Positions 8,825 to 18,196 of a stretch of DNA of 64,000 nucleotides are shown piece by piece. The translations under genes and the position numbers were made by a program. The notes beneath the pieces were generated by a model. It was given only the letters and a program-made list of their open reading frames with translations. It made no database searches and was not told the DNA's origin. Each line of letters starts with the position of its first letter. Position 1 is the first letter of the stretch. This DNA is from Mageeibacillus sp. UBA1212. Its GTDB lineage: Bacteria > Bacillota > Clostridia > UBA1212. The stretch covers positions 72,771 through 136,770 of the forward strand of contig DBXM01000016.1 in NCBI GenBank assembly GCA_002309655.1. Direction: 5' to 3'.

Positions 8825-10299
8825 GCCCTGCCGTCAGCCTGGATCTTAAGAAGCTTTCCGTAAGCCTCTTCCCACCTGCCGGTATCCTCGGGCGTGTAGA
8901 TCTCGATCGGGAACGAATTCCTGACGACCTCTCTCGCCTGGTCGATTCCGCTGACCTCGCCGAGAGCGATAAGCTGGCAGCAGAGGTTGCCGATAGCGGT
9001 CGCCTCAACGGGTCCCGCGTAGACGGTGCGGCCGATGGCGTTCGCGGTGAAGCGGCTGAGGATCGTGTTCTTGGTGCCGCCGCCCACGATGTTGAGCGCG
9101 GGAACCGGCTTGCCGATGATCTCCTCGAGACCTTCGATGCACTGCCTGTACTTGAGCGCGAGGCTCTCTTCGACGACGCGGATGATCTCGCCCTTCGTCT
9201 CGGGAACGCGCTGGCCGGTACGGCGGCAGTAGTCGCGAATCTTCTCAGGCATGTTGAACGGATCGAAGAAGTCCGGATGGTCGACGTCGATGACCGCAAT
9301 AAACGGTTCCGCTGCCTCCACGCCCGCGTTCATTTCCGCGTAGGAGATCTTCTCGCCCTTCTTCTCCCAGTCTCTCATGCACTCGTTGTTGATCCAGAGA
9401 CCCATAATGTTCTTGAGCAGCCTGACGTTGTTGCCGTAGCCGCCTTCGTTCGTGTAGTTGAGCTTGCGGACCGTCTCGTTGATCAGCGGCTTGTCGAGCT
9501 CGATGCCGAGCAGCGACCACGTGCCGGAGCTGAGGAACGCCGCGCCCTTTTCGACGTAAGGAACGGACATAACCGCGGAGCCCGTGTCGTGTTCAGCGAC
9601 CGCGATGACCGGGATCTCGCCGACGCCGAGCTCTTCCTGAATCTCCTTGGTGAGGCCGCCTATCTTGGTGCCGGCGGGAATTACCTCAGGCAGGAAGTCG
9701 GAACGGATACCGAGCTTCTTCAGCATGCCGCGCGCCCAGTCTCCCTTGCGCGGGTCGTACATCTGTGAAGTCGACGTGATCGTGTACTCGCAGAACTTTT
9801 TGCCGGTCAGGAAGTAGTTGAAAAGGTCGGGAATGAACAGGAACGTATCCGCCATTTCGAGGACCGGGTCGTTTTCGCACTTCATCGCGAGCAGCTGGTA
9901 GAGCGAGTTGAACTTCTGGAACGCGATTCCCGTCGTTTTGTAGATCTCCTTTGCGGGAACGATCTCGCAGGCGCGCTCGATCATTCCGTCCGTTCTGGCG
10001 TCGCGGTAGTGGACCGGGTTGCCGAGAAGCTTTCCGTTCTTGGAGAGCAGGCCGAAGTCGACGCCCCAGGTGTCGATGCCGATCGACGCGATGTCCCTGT
10101 CGCCGCCGTTGACGGTGTTGACGATTCCCCTCTTCATCTCGTGGAAAAGTCTGGGGAAATCCCACGTGAACGTGCCGTTCATCATAACCGGATCGCTGCC
10201 GAAGCGGTGCGTCTCGCGGAGAACAAGCTTGTTGCCGTCGAATTCGCCGAGGATGGATCTGCCGCTGCTGGCGCCGTAGTCAAATGCCAAAATCTTCAT
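8821..10299 (-). CDS. FGGY-family carbohydrate kinase, rhamnulokinase-like
   Basis: The N-terminus MKILAFDYGASSGRSILGEF matches rhamnulokinase/FGGY kinases. It is 492 aa. A 4-nt ATGA stop/start overlap joins it to the downstream phosphoesterase. Substrate specificity is uncertain. Confidence 0.65.
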   Translation of the reverse strand: MKILAFDYGASSGRSILGEFDGNKLVLRETHRFGSDPVMMNGTFTWDFPRLFHEMKRGIVNTVNGGDRDIASIGIDTWGVDFGLLSKNGKLLGNPVHYRDARTDGMIERACEIVPAKEIYKTTGIAFQKFNSLYQLLAMKCENDPVLEMADTFLFIPDLFNYFLTGKKFCEYTITSTSQMYDPRKGDWARGMLKKLGIRSDFLPEVIPAGTKIGGLTKEIQEELGVGEIPVIAVAEHDTGSAVMSVPYVEKGAAFLSSGTWSLLGIELDKPLINETVRKLNYTNEGGYGNNVRLLKNIMGLWINNECMRDWEKKGEKISYAEMNAGVEAAEPFIAVIDVDHPDFFDPFNMPEKIRDYCRRTGQRVPETKGEIIRVVEESLALKYRQCIEGLEEIIGKPVPALNIVGGGTKNTILSRFTANAIGRTVYAGPVEATAIGNLCCQLIALGEVSGIDQAREVVRNSFPIEIYTPEDTGRWEEAYGKLLKIQADGRA

Positions 10300-10457
10300 T
10301 TATTCTTCTTCCTTTCCTTTGTCCGGCAGCTCCTGTTCACGCCGCCTCAAAAACGGTGGCCGGCACTGCCCTTCAATTATAACTTCTTGTGTCTATTCTA
10401 AAAAATCAACGCTTTCAAGTCAAGAATTTCCGCTCTTGTTTTTGCATTCGGAAACGC

Positions 10458-12134
10458 TCAGCGCGTAGCCTCTTCGTCGTTCTTTCTGATGACGTTGCGC
10501 TTAATCTTTCCGCTGACCGTTTTGGGAAGTTCATCCACGAATTCAACTATTCGCGGGTATTTGTAGGGAGCGGTGACCTTCTTCACGTGGTCCTGGATCT
10601 CCTTTTTAAGAGCGTCAGACGGCTCGTAACCCTTTGCGAGAACGATCGTCGCCTTTACGACCTGCCCTCTCACCGGGTCGGGCGCCGCCGTTACCGCGCA
10701 CTCGACCACCGAAGGATGCGTCATAATTGCGGATTCGACCTCAAAAGGCCCGATTCTGTAGCCGGAACACTTGATAACGTCGTCGTTCCTGCCCACGAAC
10801 CAGATGTAGCCGTCGCTGTCGTACCAGGCGTTGTCGCCGGTGTGATAGTTGCCGCCTCGCCACAGCCTCTCGTTGGCCTCTTCGTCTTCGTAATATCCGA
10901 TGGTAAGTCCGGTGGGCCTGTGCTCCTTCGCGCCGACCACGACGATCTCGCCCTCTTCGCCGATGTCGCACTCGGTGCCGTCCTCGCGCATTATCTTAAT
11001 GTTGAACGACGCCGCCGGCTTTCCTGTGGAGCCCGGCCTCGGGTCGGACCAGCCGTAGTTGGCCATAATAACGACGCTCTCCGTCTGCCCGAATCCCTCG
11101 TAGATTCTGTGGCCGGTTATCTTCTGCCACGCCTCCATAACGGAAGGGTTCAGCGGCTCGCCCGCCATCGAAAAGTGCTTTACGGACGACAGGTCGAACT
11201 CCGACATGTCTTCTTTAATCATGAAGCGGTACATTGTCGCGGGCGCGCAGAAAGTCGTGACGCCGAAGTCGTGAATGACCTTCATCAGGTTCGGCGCGCG
11301 GAACTTGTCCATGTCGTAGCCCATGACGGCGGTGCCGGCGATCCACTGGCCGTAGATTTTGCCCCAGCTGAACTTCGCCCAGCCCGAGTCCGCAACGGTC
11401 AGGTGAAGGCCGTTTTCGATGACCTGCTGCCAGTATTTGGCGGTCAGAATGTGGCCCAGCGGGTAGCTCTGCACGTGCTGGACGAGCTTCGGCATTCCCG
11501 TCGTTCCCGAAGTGAAGTACATCAGCATCGGGTCGTCCGCCATCACCGCGTCTTCACCGGTAGGCCTCTCAAACACGTCGCTCTCACTTTCGTAAAGCGC
11601 TTTAAAGTCCAGCCAGCCGTCGCGTTTTTCCCCTAATTTTGCGTAAAATCTGAGTGACGGGCACTCCTCGCGCGACAGGTCGATCTGCTCGATAACGTAC
11701 GGGTCGTCGGCGCAGATGCACATGTCGATTCCGATCTTGTTGACCCTGTAGACGATGTCCTTCTTGGTGAGCTGGAACGTCGCCGGAATCGCGATAACGC
11801 CCATCTTGTGAAGCGCGGTCACCGTGAACCAGTACTCGTACCTTCGGCGCATAATAAGCAGCACGCTGTCGCCTTTTTTGAGGCCGAGGCGCTTGATTGC
11901 GTTCGCGATCTTGTTGCTCTGCTTTTTGACGTCCGTGAACGTGAACGTGTGCGACTCGCCGCTGTCGTTGCACCACACAAGCGCGCGTTTTTCCGGCTCG
12001 ACTTCAGCCCAGCCGTCGACGATGTCGAATCCGAAGTTGAAATCCTCCGGATACGAGAGCTTATAATTCGCGATGAAGTCCTCGTACGAGTCGAAGTCCA
12101 CCTTCGCGAGATATTTTTTCAGCATGTAATCCAT
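10458..12134 (-). CDS. AMP-forming acyl-CoA synthetase (medium-chain acyl-CoA ligase-like; ANL superfamily)
   Basis: The AMP-binding motif YFTSGTTGMPK, a TGD motif (YHTGDNAWYDSDGYIWFVGRNDDVIK) and a C-terminal SGKIKR motif are present. It is 558 aa. Confidence 0.8.
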   Translation of the reverse strand: MDYMLKKYLAKVDFDSYEDFIANYKLSYPEDFNFGFDIVDGWAEVEPEKRALVWCNDSGESHTFTFTDVKKQSNKIANAIKRLGLKKGDSVLLIMRRRYEYWFTVTALHKMGVIAIPATFQLTKKDIVYRVNKIGIDMCICADDPYVIEQIDLSREECPSLRFYAKLGEKRDGWLDFKALYESESDVFERPTGEDAVMADDPMLMYFTSGTTGMPKLVQHVQSYPLGHILTAKYWQQVIENGLHLTVADSGWAKFSWGKIYGQWIAGTAVMGYDMDKFRAPNLMKVIHDFGVTTFCAPATMYRFMIKEDMSEFDLSSVKHFSMAGEPLNPSVMEAWQKITGHRIYEGFGQTESVVIMANYGWSDPRPGSTGKPAASFNIKIMREDGTECDIGEEGEIVVVGAKEHRPTGLTIGYYEDEEANERLWRGGNYHTGDNAWYDSDGYIWFVGRNDDVIKCSGYRIGPFEVESAIMTHPSVVECAVTAAPDPVRGQVVKATIVLAKGYEPSDALKKEIQDHVKKVTAPYKYPRIVEFVDELPKTVSGKIKRNVIRKNDEEATR

Positions 12135-12186
12135 AAAAATCTCCTGTTTAGAGACGTTATTTCAATAATTCAAGAATTGCGGTGCG

Positions 12187-12759
12187 TCACAGCAGAATAA
12201 CGGTCAGGAACTTCGCGCCCTTCCCGCCAACCGCCGACTGCGCGTGCGGAACGGTCGGGTCGAAATAGAAGCAGTCGCCCTCCTCGAGAATGAACTCCCG
12301 CTTCCCGAACGTCACCTTCACCGTGCCCTCGAGAACGTAGTTGAACTCCTGTCCGCCGTGAGACACGCTCGCGGGCGGGTTAATCTCGGTCTCAGGCCCC
12401 ACCGTAACCACCATCGGCTCAATCTTCCTGCCGATGAATTTGTACGCGATGCTCTCGAAATCGTAGCCCTTGTACCTGTCGACCGCGATGCCGCGCCCTT
12501 TTCTGACAAGAGAGCAGTTCGTGAGCTTCGGGGAAATGCCCGTGAGGATCTCGGTGAGATCGACGCCGAACTTCGCAGCCAGCGCGTAAAGGGTGCTGAC
12601 CGGGAAGTCGACCTTCGCGTTCTCGTAGTCGAGATATTCCTGCTCGGTAATGCCGAGAAATTCGGCCATGTCCGCCGTGCTGAAACCGCAGATGTCCCGA
12701 AGGTCCGCGATTCTCGCCGCAATTTCGTTAATACCGGTATTTTCGTCCATCATCTTCAA
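12187..12759 (-). CDS. XRE-family HTH transcriptional regulator with C-terminal cupin domain (PuuR-like architecture)
   Basis: An N-terminal helix-turn-helix (IAARIADLRDICGFSTADMAEFLGITEQEYLDYENAK) is followed by a C-terminal cupin (GGQEFNYVLEGTVKVTFG...GDCFYFD..PH). Confidence 0.8.
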   Translation of the reverse strand: MKMMDENTGINEIAARIADLRDICGFSTADMAEFLGITEQEYLDYENAKVDFPVSTLYALAAKFGVDLTEILTGISPKLTNCSLVRKGRGIAVDRYKGYDFESIAYKFIGRKIEPMVVTVGPETEINPPASVSHGGQEFNYVLEGTVKVTFGKREFILEEGDCFYFDPTVPHAQSAVGGKGAKFLTVILL

Positions 12760-12770
12760 ACCTCAAGCTT

Positions 12771-14039
12771 TTAAAAACTGTCTTTAACTTCAATCTCCGC
12801 GCCTTCAAAATCGAACGTCGCGAAGTAGTCCTTCGGAGTTTCGGCGCGCCTTATAAGCTTCCACGAGCCGTCCTTTTCGAGAAGGACCTCCGCCGACCGC
12901 AGCTTTCCGTTGTAGTTGTAGCCCATCGAAAAACCGTGGGCGCCGGCGTCGTGAATCGCCACAAGGTCTCCCGGTTCGAGCTTAGGCAGGAGTCTGTTCA
13001 CCGCGAACTTGTCGTTGTTCTCGCAGAGGCCGCCGGTAACGTCGTAAAGAGTGTCGGGCGTTTCGTTTTCCTTCCCGAAGACCGTGATGTGATGGTAGCT
13101 TCCGTACATCGCCGGCCGCATCAGGTTCGCGGCGCAGGCGTCGAGCCCCGCGTATTCACGGTAAATGTGTTTCATGTGTATCACGCGCGCAACGAGAATG
13201 CCGTAGGGGCCGGTCATGTACCTGCCCAGCTCAGCCTTGATCGAAGGCATCGGCAACCCGCTCTTTTCCGCCTCTTTTTCGAAGGCCTCTTTTACGTGTT
13301 TGCCGACCGCGCGAATGTCCACCGGCTTCTCCTCAGGCCTGTACGGAATTCCGATTCCGCCCGAAAGATTGACAAACGAAATCCTGACGCCGAACCGTTC
13401 GCGAACCTCCGCCGCGAGCTCGAAAAGGATTTCCGCCAGCTTCGGCCAGTAGTCCCCGTTCTGCATGTTGCTCGCCAGAAAAGCGTGGAGTCCGAACTCC
13501 TTTACGCCCTTCTCCTTGAGAATTCCGACCGCCTCGAAGATCTGTTCGCGGGTCATTCCATATTTGGCCTCTTCGGGACTTCCCATTATCTCGCCGGAGA
13601 TCTCAAAATGGCCGCCGGGGTTGTAGCGGAGGCAGATCTTTCCGGGAATTCCGCCGTGTTTTTCGAGAAAATCAATGTGCGTGATGTCGTCGAGGTTGAT
13701 CAGCGCCCCGAGCGACCTTGCCGCCTCGAAGTCCTCAGCCGGCGTGACGTTCGACGAAAACATAATGCTCTCGCCTTCAAAACCCACCGACGCCGCCAGC
13801 AGCAGCTCCGTGTAGCTCGAACAGTCCGCGCCGCCGCCCGCTTCCCTGATCAGTTTGAGAATGTACGGGTTCGGGCAGGCCTTCACCGCGTAGTACTCCT
13901 TGAAATCGCACCACGAGAACGCTTTTTGAAGCCCGCGAAGCGCCTTCCTGATGCCCTCCGCGTCGTAAACGTAATACGGAGTACCGACCGCCGCCGCGAT
14001 TTCCTCGGCTTTAATCCTGTCAATAAAAGGTGTTTTCAT
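12771..14039 (-). CDS. lysA: PLP-dependent Orn/DAP/Arg decarboxylase family 2 protein, diaminopimelate-decarboxylase-like
   Basis: The motifs YAVKACPN (PLP lysine), GGADCSS, RPAMYGSYHHI, CENNDKF and GAHGFSMGYNYN match the diaminopimelate decarboxylase family. The exact substrate is not proven: it could be a carboxynorspermidine- or ornithine-type decarboxylase. Confidence 0.6.
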   Translation of the reverse strand: MKTPFIDRIKAEEIAAAVGTPYYVYDAEGIRKALRGLQKAFSWCDFKEYYAVKACPNPYILKLIREAGGGADCSSYTELLLAASVGFEGESIMFSSNVTPAEDFEAARSLGALINLDDITHIDFLEKHGGIPGKICLRYNPGGHFEISGEIMGSPEEAKYGMTREQIFEAVGILKEKGVKEFGLHAFLASNMQNGDYWPKLAEILFELAAEVRERFGVRISFVNLSGGIGIPYRPEEKPVDIRAVGKHVKEAFEKEAEKSGLPMPSIKAELGRYMTGPYGILVARVIHMKHIYREYAGLDACAANLMRPAMYGSYHHITVFGKENETPDTLYDVTGGLCENNDKFAVNRLLPKLEPGDLVAIHDAGAHGFSMGYNYNGKLRSAEVLLEKDGSWKLIRRAETPKDYFATFDFEGAEIEVKDSF

Positions 14040-14683
14040 AATGCCTCCGGTTCTCCGTCCGTTCCCGGTTCCGCGTCAGCCTCCGGAATCTCGTCTTCTT
14101 CCACAATGAACGAGTCGATCTCCTCCCACAACCCGGGAATGCCCTTTTTGGTCTCTGCCGAAACCTGGAACACCTTCTTTTCTGCGGGAAGTCCGAGCTC
14201 CTTCTTAATGACCGCCGCGTTTTTGGCGCACTCGGAGCGGGAAAGCTTGTCGCACTTTGTCGCAACCACGATGTAGTCGAGGCCGGCGGCAACGGTCCAG
14301 TTGTAGAGCATTTTGTCCGCCTCGCTCGGTTCGCGCCGGACGTCGATCAGAAGGAGCATGAGGTAGAGCTGCGGACGGACGTTCAGGTACTCGGTGATAA
14401 CCTTCCCCCACACATCCATCTCGCTCTTGGAGACCTTCGCGTAGCCGTAGCCCGGAAGGTCCACGAAGTGGATTTCGTTGTTTACGTCGTAAAAATTGAT
14501 GAGCCGCGTCATTCCCTGTCTCGAACCGGACCTGGCAAGATTTTTTCTGCCGAGCAACGCGTTGATGAGGGACGATTTGCCCACGTTCGACCTGCCCGCG
14601 AACGCGATCTCCAGAAAGTCGGACTCGGGAAGCTTGCCGGCGGATATGCAGGAAGTTACAAACTCCGATTTTTTAACTATCAT
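14036..14683 (-). CDS. engB: Ribosome biogenesis GTP-binding protein EngB (YihA/YsxC)
   Basis: G1 GRSNVGKSSLINAL, G3 DLPGYGY and G4 TKCDK motifs are present. The start MIVKKSEF at 14683 has a GGAGGAG ribosome-binding site. An ATGA overlap joins it to the upstream decarboxylase gene. Confidence 0.85.
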   Translation of the reverse strand: MIVKKSEFVTSCISAGKLPESDFLEIAFAGRSNVGKSSLINALLGRKNLARSGSRQGMTRLINFYDVNNEIHFVDLPGYGYAKVSKSEMDVWGKVITEYLNVRPQLYLMLLLIDVRREPSEADKMLYNWTVAAGLDYIVVATKCDKLSRSECAKNAAVIKKELGLPAEKKVFQVSAETKKGIPGLWEEIDSFIVEEDEIPEADAEPGTDGEPEAL

Positions 14684-14854
14684 CCGTGAGCTCCTCCGTT
14701 CGCGCAAAGTTCAAATAACAGGGAATGAAATCCGCTTTAAAAAGCGCGCAGCGCGCGAGCCTTTTAACGGCCCGGATTTATAAATCTGTAATGGTAACAC
14801 AGCCGGCGCGGGTTTTCAACCGGTTTGGCGGTGTTTAAAAGCGTTGTTAAAGCC

Positions 14855-16150
14855 TTATTTCGCCGGCTTCTTTTCGGGCGATTTCCTGAGCACAAGCCTT
14901 CTCGCCATGTCGAGGGCCGTGACCGCGGCGCGCATTCTGACGTTCTCGCGACCGCCTCCGAACCTGAACTCGCCCACTTCGATCTCGCCCCTGTACCAGG
15001 CCGCGATATAAACGAGCCCCTGCTCTTTGCCCTCCATGACGCCGGGTCCCGCGTTCCCGGTCACAGCGACCGAAACGTCGGTGCCGCACTTCAACGCGAC
15101 GCCCTTTGCCATGTCTGCGGCCGTCTCCGCGCTCACCGCGCCAAACGCGCCGATGGTTTCAGACGCAACGCCCAGAAGCTCTATTTTTGCCAGGTTGCTG
15201 TAGGTCACGATGCCGGCTCTCAGAACCGACGACGCGCCGGGAACCGAAGTCACAAGCTCGGCGACGAGTCCGCCTGTGCACGACTCCGCACACGAGAAGG
15301 ACAGTTCGCGCTCCTTCATTCTTCTCAGGAAATTCTGCTGAACGCTCTCGCCCCTTGTCGAAACCAGGTCCTCGCCGAACCGCTTCTTCATCAGCGAGTC
15401 GAAATTTCTGAGCGTCTTCTTGACCTCGTCCTCTTTCTCGCCGCTGCAGGAAACTCTTACCGTCACGTAGCCCTTCCCGACGTACGTAGCCACGTTCGGA
15501 TTGGTCGAACCTTCGATCTTGTCGAGCAGCCTTCTCTCAACCTCCGACTCGGGAACGCCGCAAATCGTGTAGTAGCGGGACTTGAAAACGGACTTCGACA
15601 TCGCCTTGATCATCGGCAAAAGTTCGTTGTCGAACATCGTCTGCAGCTCTCTGGGCGGGCCGGGAAGCATCGCGATCATCTTGTCAGCCTTTGCGGGCGC
15701 CATGACCTTCGGCGCGTAGTTTTTGAAAAGCATCACGCAGCCGGGAGCCGTTCCGCAGCTGTTCCCGAGAATGATCGAGTGCTCGGGAAAATCGGCCTGG
15801 CTGAGGTTGCCCGGAGCCATTTCTTTCCCTATTTTACGGAAATATTTCTCGATTTTCGCAACGGTGTCAGCGTCGCGTTTCATGCCGACTTCGAACAGAT
15901 CCGCCACCGCTTTTTTGGTGAGATCGTCCTGCGTCGGCCCGAGGCCGCCGGTCAGTATGATAATGTCAGCCCGCTCGTAAGCGTGAACGACAGCCTCCCT
16001 GACTCTTCCCGCGTCGTCGTCTATGACCGTATGGCTGTAGACGTAGATTCCCGCTTCGGGAAGCTTCGAGGAAATGTACTGGGCGTCGGTGTTCGCCACC
16101 TGCCCCATTAATAGTTCGGTTCCGACCGAAATGATTTCTGCCCTTTTCAT
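14855..16150 (-). CDS. cinA: Competence/damage-inducible protein CinA (MoCF-biosynthesis-like N-domain plus C-terminal CinA/PncC NMN-deamidase domain)
   Basis: Begins MKRAEIISVGTELLMGQVANTDAQYIS. An ILTGGLGPTQDD motif and a C-terminal CAESCTGGLVA...AGIVTYSN motif are present. Confidence 0.9.
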   Translation of the reverse strand: MKRAEIISVGTELLMGQVANTDAQYISSKLPEAGIYVYSHTVIDDDAGRVREAVVHAYERADIIILTGGLGPTQDDLTKKAVADLFEVGMKRDADTVAKIEKYFRKIGKEMAPGNLSQADFPEHSIILGNSCGTAPGCVMLFKNYAPKVMAPAKADKMIAMLPGPPRELQTMFDNELLPMIKAMSKSVFKSRYYTICGVPESEVERRLLDKIEGSTNPNVATYVGKGYVTVRVSCSGEKEDEVKKTLRNFDSLMKKRFGEDLVSTRGESVQQNFLRRMKERELSFSCAESCTGGLVAELVTSVPGASSVLRAGIVTYSNLAKIELLGVASETIGAFGAVSAETAADMAKGVALKCGTDVSVAVTGNAGPGVMEGKEQGLVYIAAWYRGEIEVGEFRFGGGRENVRMRAAVTALDMARRLVLRKSPEKKPAK

Positions 16151-16195
16151 ATTCTCCCTTTTAACCCTTTGTTTTAATTCGACGCATGCAGAGCG

Positions 16196-17887
16196 TTATT
16201 TTGCCGCAAGCGGGAATTCTTCGGGCGACGAAGCGTGTCTGAAAAGATATACCGCGTCGTCCGCGTCAAACGCGCTGTCACCGTTGTAGTCCTGTCTGTA
16301 AGTGACCCTGTACTCCTCCGGGTTGAGCAGCGATTTGATAAGTCTGTTGGCGTCACCTTCGTCCGCGTCGCCGTCACCGTCAACATCTCCCGCGACGCTC
16401 ACCGTGAAATCCGCGTTCCCGAACGAGACAACCGTTCCCGTGCCGACAAATCCGCTCCCGGGAAGGCTGTTTTCGTCCTTTGAACCGGCCACAGTCCTCA
16501 AAAATACCTCCTCGGCCGTCCCCTGCGGAACGCCGAATATATAATACTTCCCGCCGATTTCCTCGTAGGTTATCAGCGCCGAAAGCGCCTCCGAGTCCTC
16601 ACCGGGAATCAATTCCTGCGGAATCTCGATTTCGACTTCTTTCACGAACGTGTCGTTCCACGCCGAGCCTCCGGTGGGCGGTTTTGTCCGCATCGTAAGA
16701 AGCACGCTGGCGCCGAGGTCCTCCATTCCGTAAATACTCTCAGGCGCGCTTATTTCAAGCTGTCCGGAATCCGCAACGGTCGAAATTTCGTCCGTTCCGG
16801 TGTCGAGCACGAAAACGCTTCCCGCGCCGCTGAACAGAACGTACTTTCCGAGCGCCTTGATGCAGCTGTACGACTTCGGGTAGTAGGAGTAGCGCTCCGG
16901 GTCCGAGTACCACTTGTCATCGAAAACGATTCTCGCGTCAACGTTGTAGAAATCTCTCGTGGCGGCAATGTAAGGCCTGTTGCCGTCCCAGCCGGAGAAG
17001 AACCAGTAGCCGCCGGAAAAAACGAACGCTGAGTTGGCGGTGTACCAGAGCGCACCGCTGTCGTAATAGGTGTCCGGCCCGCAGTCCTCGGCCGAAAGGC
17101 AGGCGACCCAGTCCTTTTCGGTCTTCACGTGGCTCGAGTTGAAAATCTCCTCGCCGCGCAAGAAATGCTCGTGGTAGCAGTAGCCCTTCACGTTCCTGTT
17201 CGCCCACGTGAAGTCGATGTGGTACCAGTTGCCGCCCAGTTTGACGCGGTTCCAGATGTGGTCGAGGTTGTTCGACGTCACCGTGTCGTTTTCGATGCCG
17301 AGCTTGTCGAGAACGCCCTTCGCCAGCAACGTGAACGCCTGACAGACGCCCTTTTTCTCGGTTGCAAGCCCGCAGGCGTCGGCGATCGCGTAGTCAAAGT
17401 CGTAAATGTAGTGGCAGCAGAACCAGTCGTTCAGATAGAGAAGCTTCGCCTCCGCAGGCCACTCCTCTCTGATGTTCGCGACGATGGAATCCACCGCGTT
17501 AGTGTAAACTTCGATTAGGCGGGTCACGTCTCCCGGTGTACTGACTCCTTCCGCGTAACTCATTTTGAGCGTGCTAACGGTCTGCCCGGACAGCGAATAG
17601 GAATACTTCGACGCCATCAGGAAGCTGAGAGGCGCGGAGTTCCTGTACGCCTGGGCGTAATTCACAATTTCGGTCGAGCGGATCGCCAGCGCTGAAACAT
17701 CGATGTTTTTGGAATATGAAGAGAGGCCGGCGTCGAGAACTCCGGTAAACGCGGCAAGCTTCTCCGGGTCCGCGTACGTATCAATCGCGCGCGAAGTAAC
17801 CGGGACAAACCCCGCCCCGGCGCACAGCAAAAGAACCGCCGCAGTAAGCGCCGCCGCTATTCTTTTGAAACGTCCCGAAAGCCTCAT
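16196..17887 (-). CDS. Secreted transglutaminase-like (papain-fold Cys/His/Asp) protein with C-terminal type-I dockerin
   Basis: A signal peptide MRLSGRFKRIAAALTAAVLLLCAGA is present. The transglutaminase core is GVCQAFTLL...HIWNRVKLGGNWYHIDFTW. The C-terminus carries two Ca-binding dockerin repeats, DVDGDGDADEGDANRLIKSLL and DYNGDSAFDADDAVYLFRHA. Confidence 0.65.
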   Translation of the reverse strand: MRLSGRFKRIAAALTAAVLLLCAGAGFVPVTSRAIDTYADPEKLAAFTGVLDAGLSSYSKNIDVSALAIRSTEIVNYAQAYRNSAPLSFLMASKYSYSLSGQTVSTLKMSYAEGVSTPGDVTRLIEVYTNAVDSIVANIREEWPAEAKLLYLNDWFCCHYIYDFDYAIADACGLATEKKGVCQAFTLLAKGVLDKLGIENDTVTSNNLDHIWNRVKLGGNWYHIDFTWANRNVKGYCYHEHFLRGEEIFNSSHVKTEKDWVACLSAEDCGPDTYYDSGALWYTANSAFVFSGGYWFFSGWDGNRPYIAATRDFYNVDARIVFDDKWYSDPERYSYYPKSYSCIKALGKYVLFSGAGSVFVLDTGTDEISTVADSGQLEISAPESIYGMEDLGASVLLTMRTKPPTGGSAWNDTFVKEVEIEIPQELIPGEDSEALSALITYEEIGGKYYIFGVPQGTAEEVFLRTVAGSKDENSLPGSGFVGTGTVVSFGNADFTVSVAGDVDGDGDADEGDANRLIKSLLNPEEYRVTYRQDYNGDSAFDADDAVYLFRHASSPEEFPLAAK

Positions 17888-18118
17888 AAGTCACTCCAAA
17901 ACCGGTTTTTTTGTCTTGCGTAAAGCGGTTGCCCGCGCGCGGAAGTTCTGTAAACGAGCCGCTTCCCGCCGCAAAAACTCTATCATATAGATTTTACTTT
18001 TTTGGCGCGGTAAAGTCAACGGGGACGGACCGTTTTTAAGCAGTTTTTACATGTTTTTTGGTCAGCTTTTTGCGGGCGTTTTCCGTTCTTAATTTGCGTT
18101 TGTTTTTGCCCGTTTCTG

Positions 18119-18147
18119 TTGACTGCCGCGACGCAAAATAATATAAT
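18119..18147 (+). promoter_or_regulatory. Sigma-A-type promoter (TTGACT-17-TATAAT)
   Basis: The -35 TTGACT at 18119-18124, a 17-nt spacer and the -10 TATAAT at 18142-18147 sit 50 nt upstream of the ATG at 18197. Confidence 0.55.
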
Positions 18148-18196
18148 TCATTCAATCGGATAATCCGCAAACTTCAAAACCGGAGGCGCTTCTGAA

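Noticed and set aside
8787-9299. A 170-aa Ser/Arg-rich minus-strand ORF. A similar ORF lies at 9686..10165.
   Set aside because: Both are low-complexity translations in alternative frames inside the FGGY kinase gene.
10389-11636. A 415-aa plus-strand ORF. Similar long plus-strand ORFs occur at 12936..14276, 14825..16111, 23138..24418, 25595..26467 (minus), 28203..29180 (minus), 30409..31497, 45290..46453, 55749..56396, 58164..59618, 60239..61228, 61475..62530, 5063..6043 and 9277..9768.
   Set aside because: Each lies antisense to a well-supported gene with clear family motifs. The translations are Arg/Ala/Val-rich with no motifs or ribosome-binding sites. This is typical of spurious open frames in 60% GC DNA.
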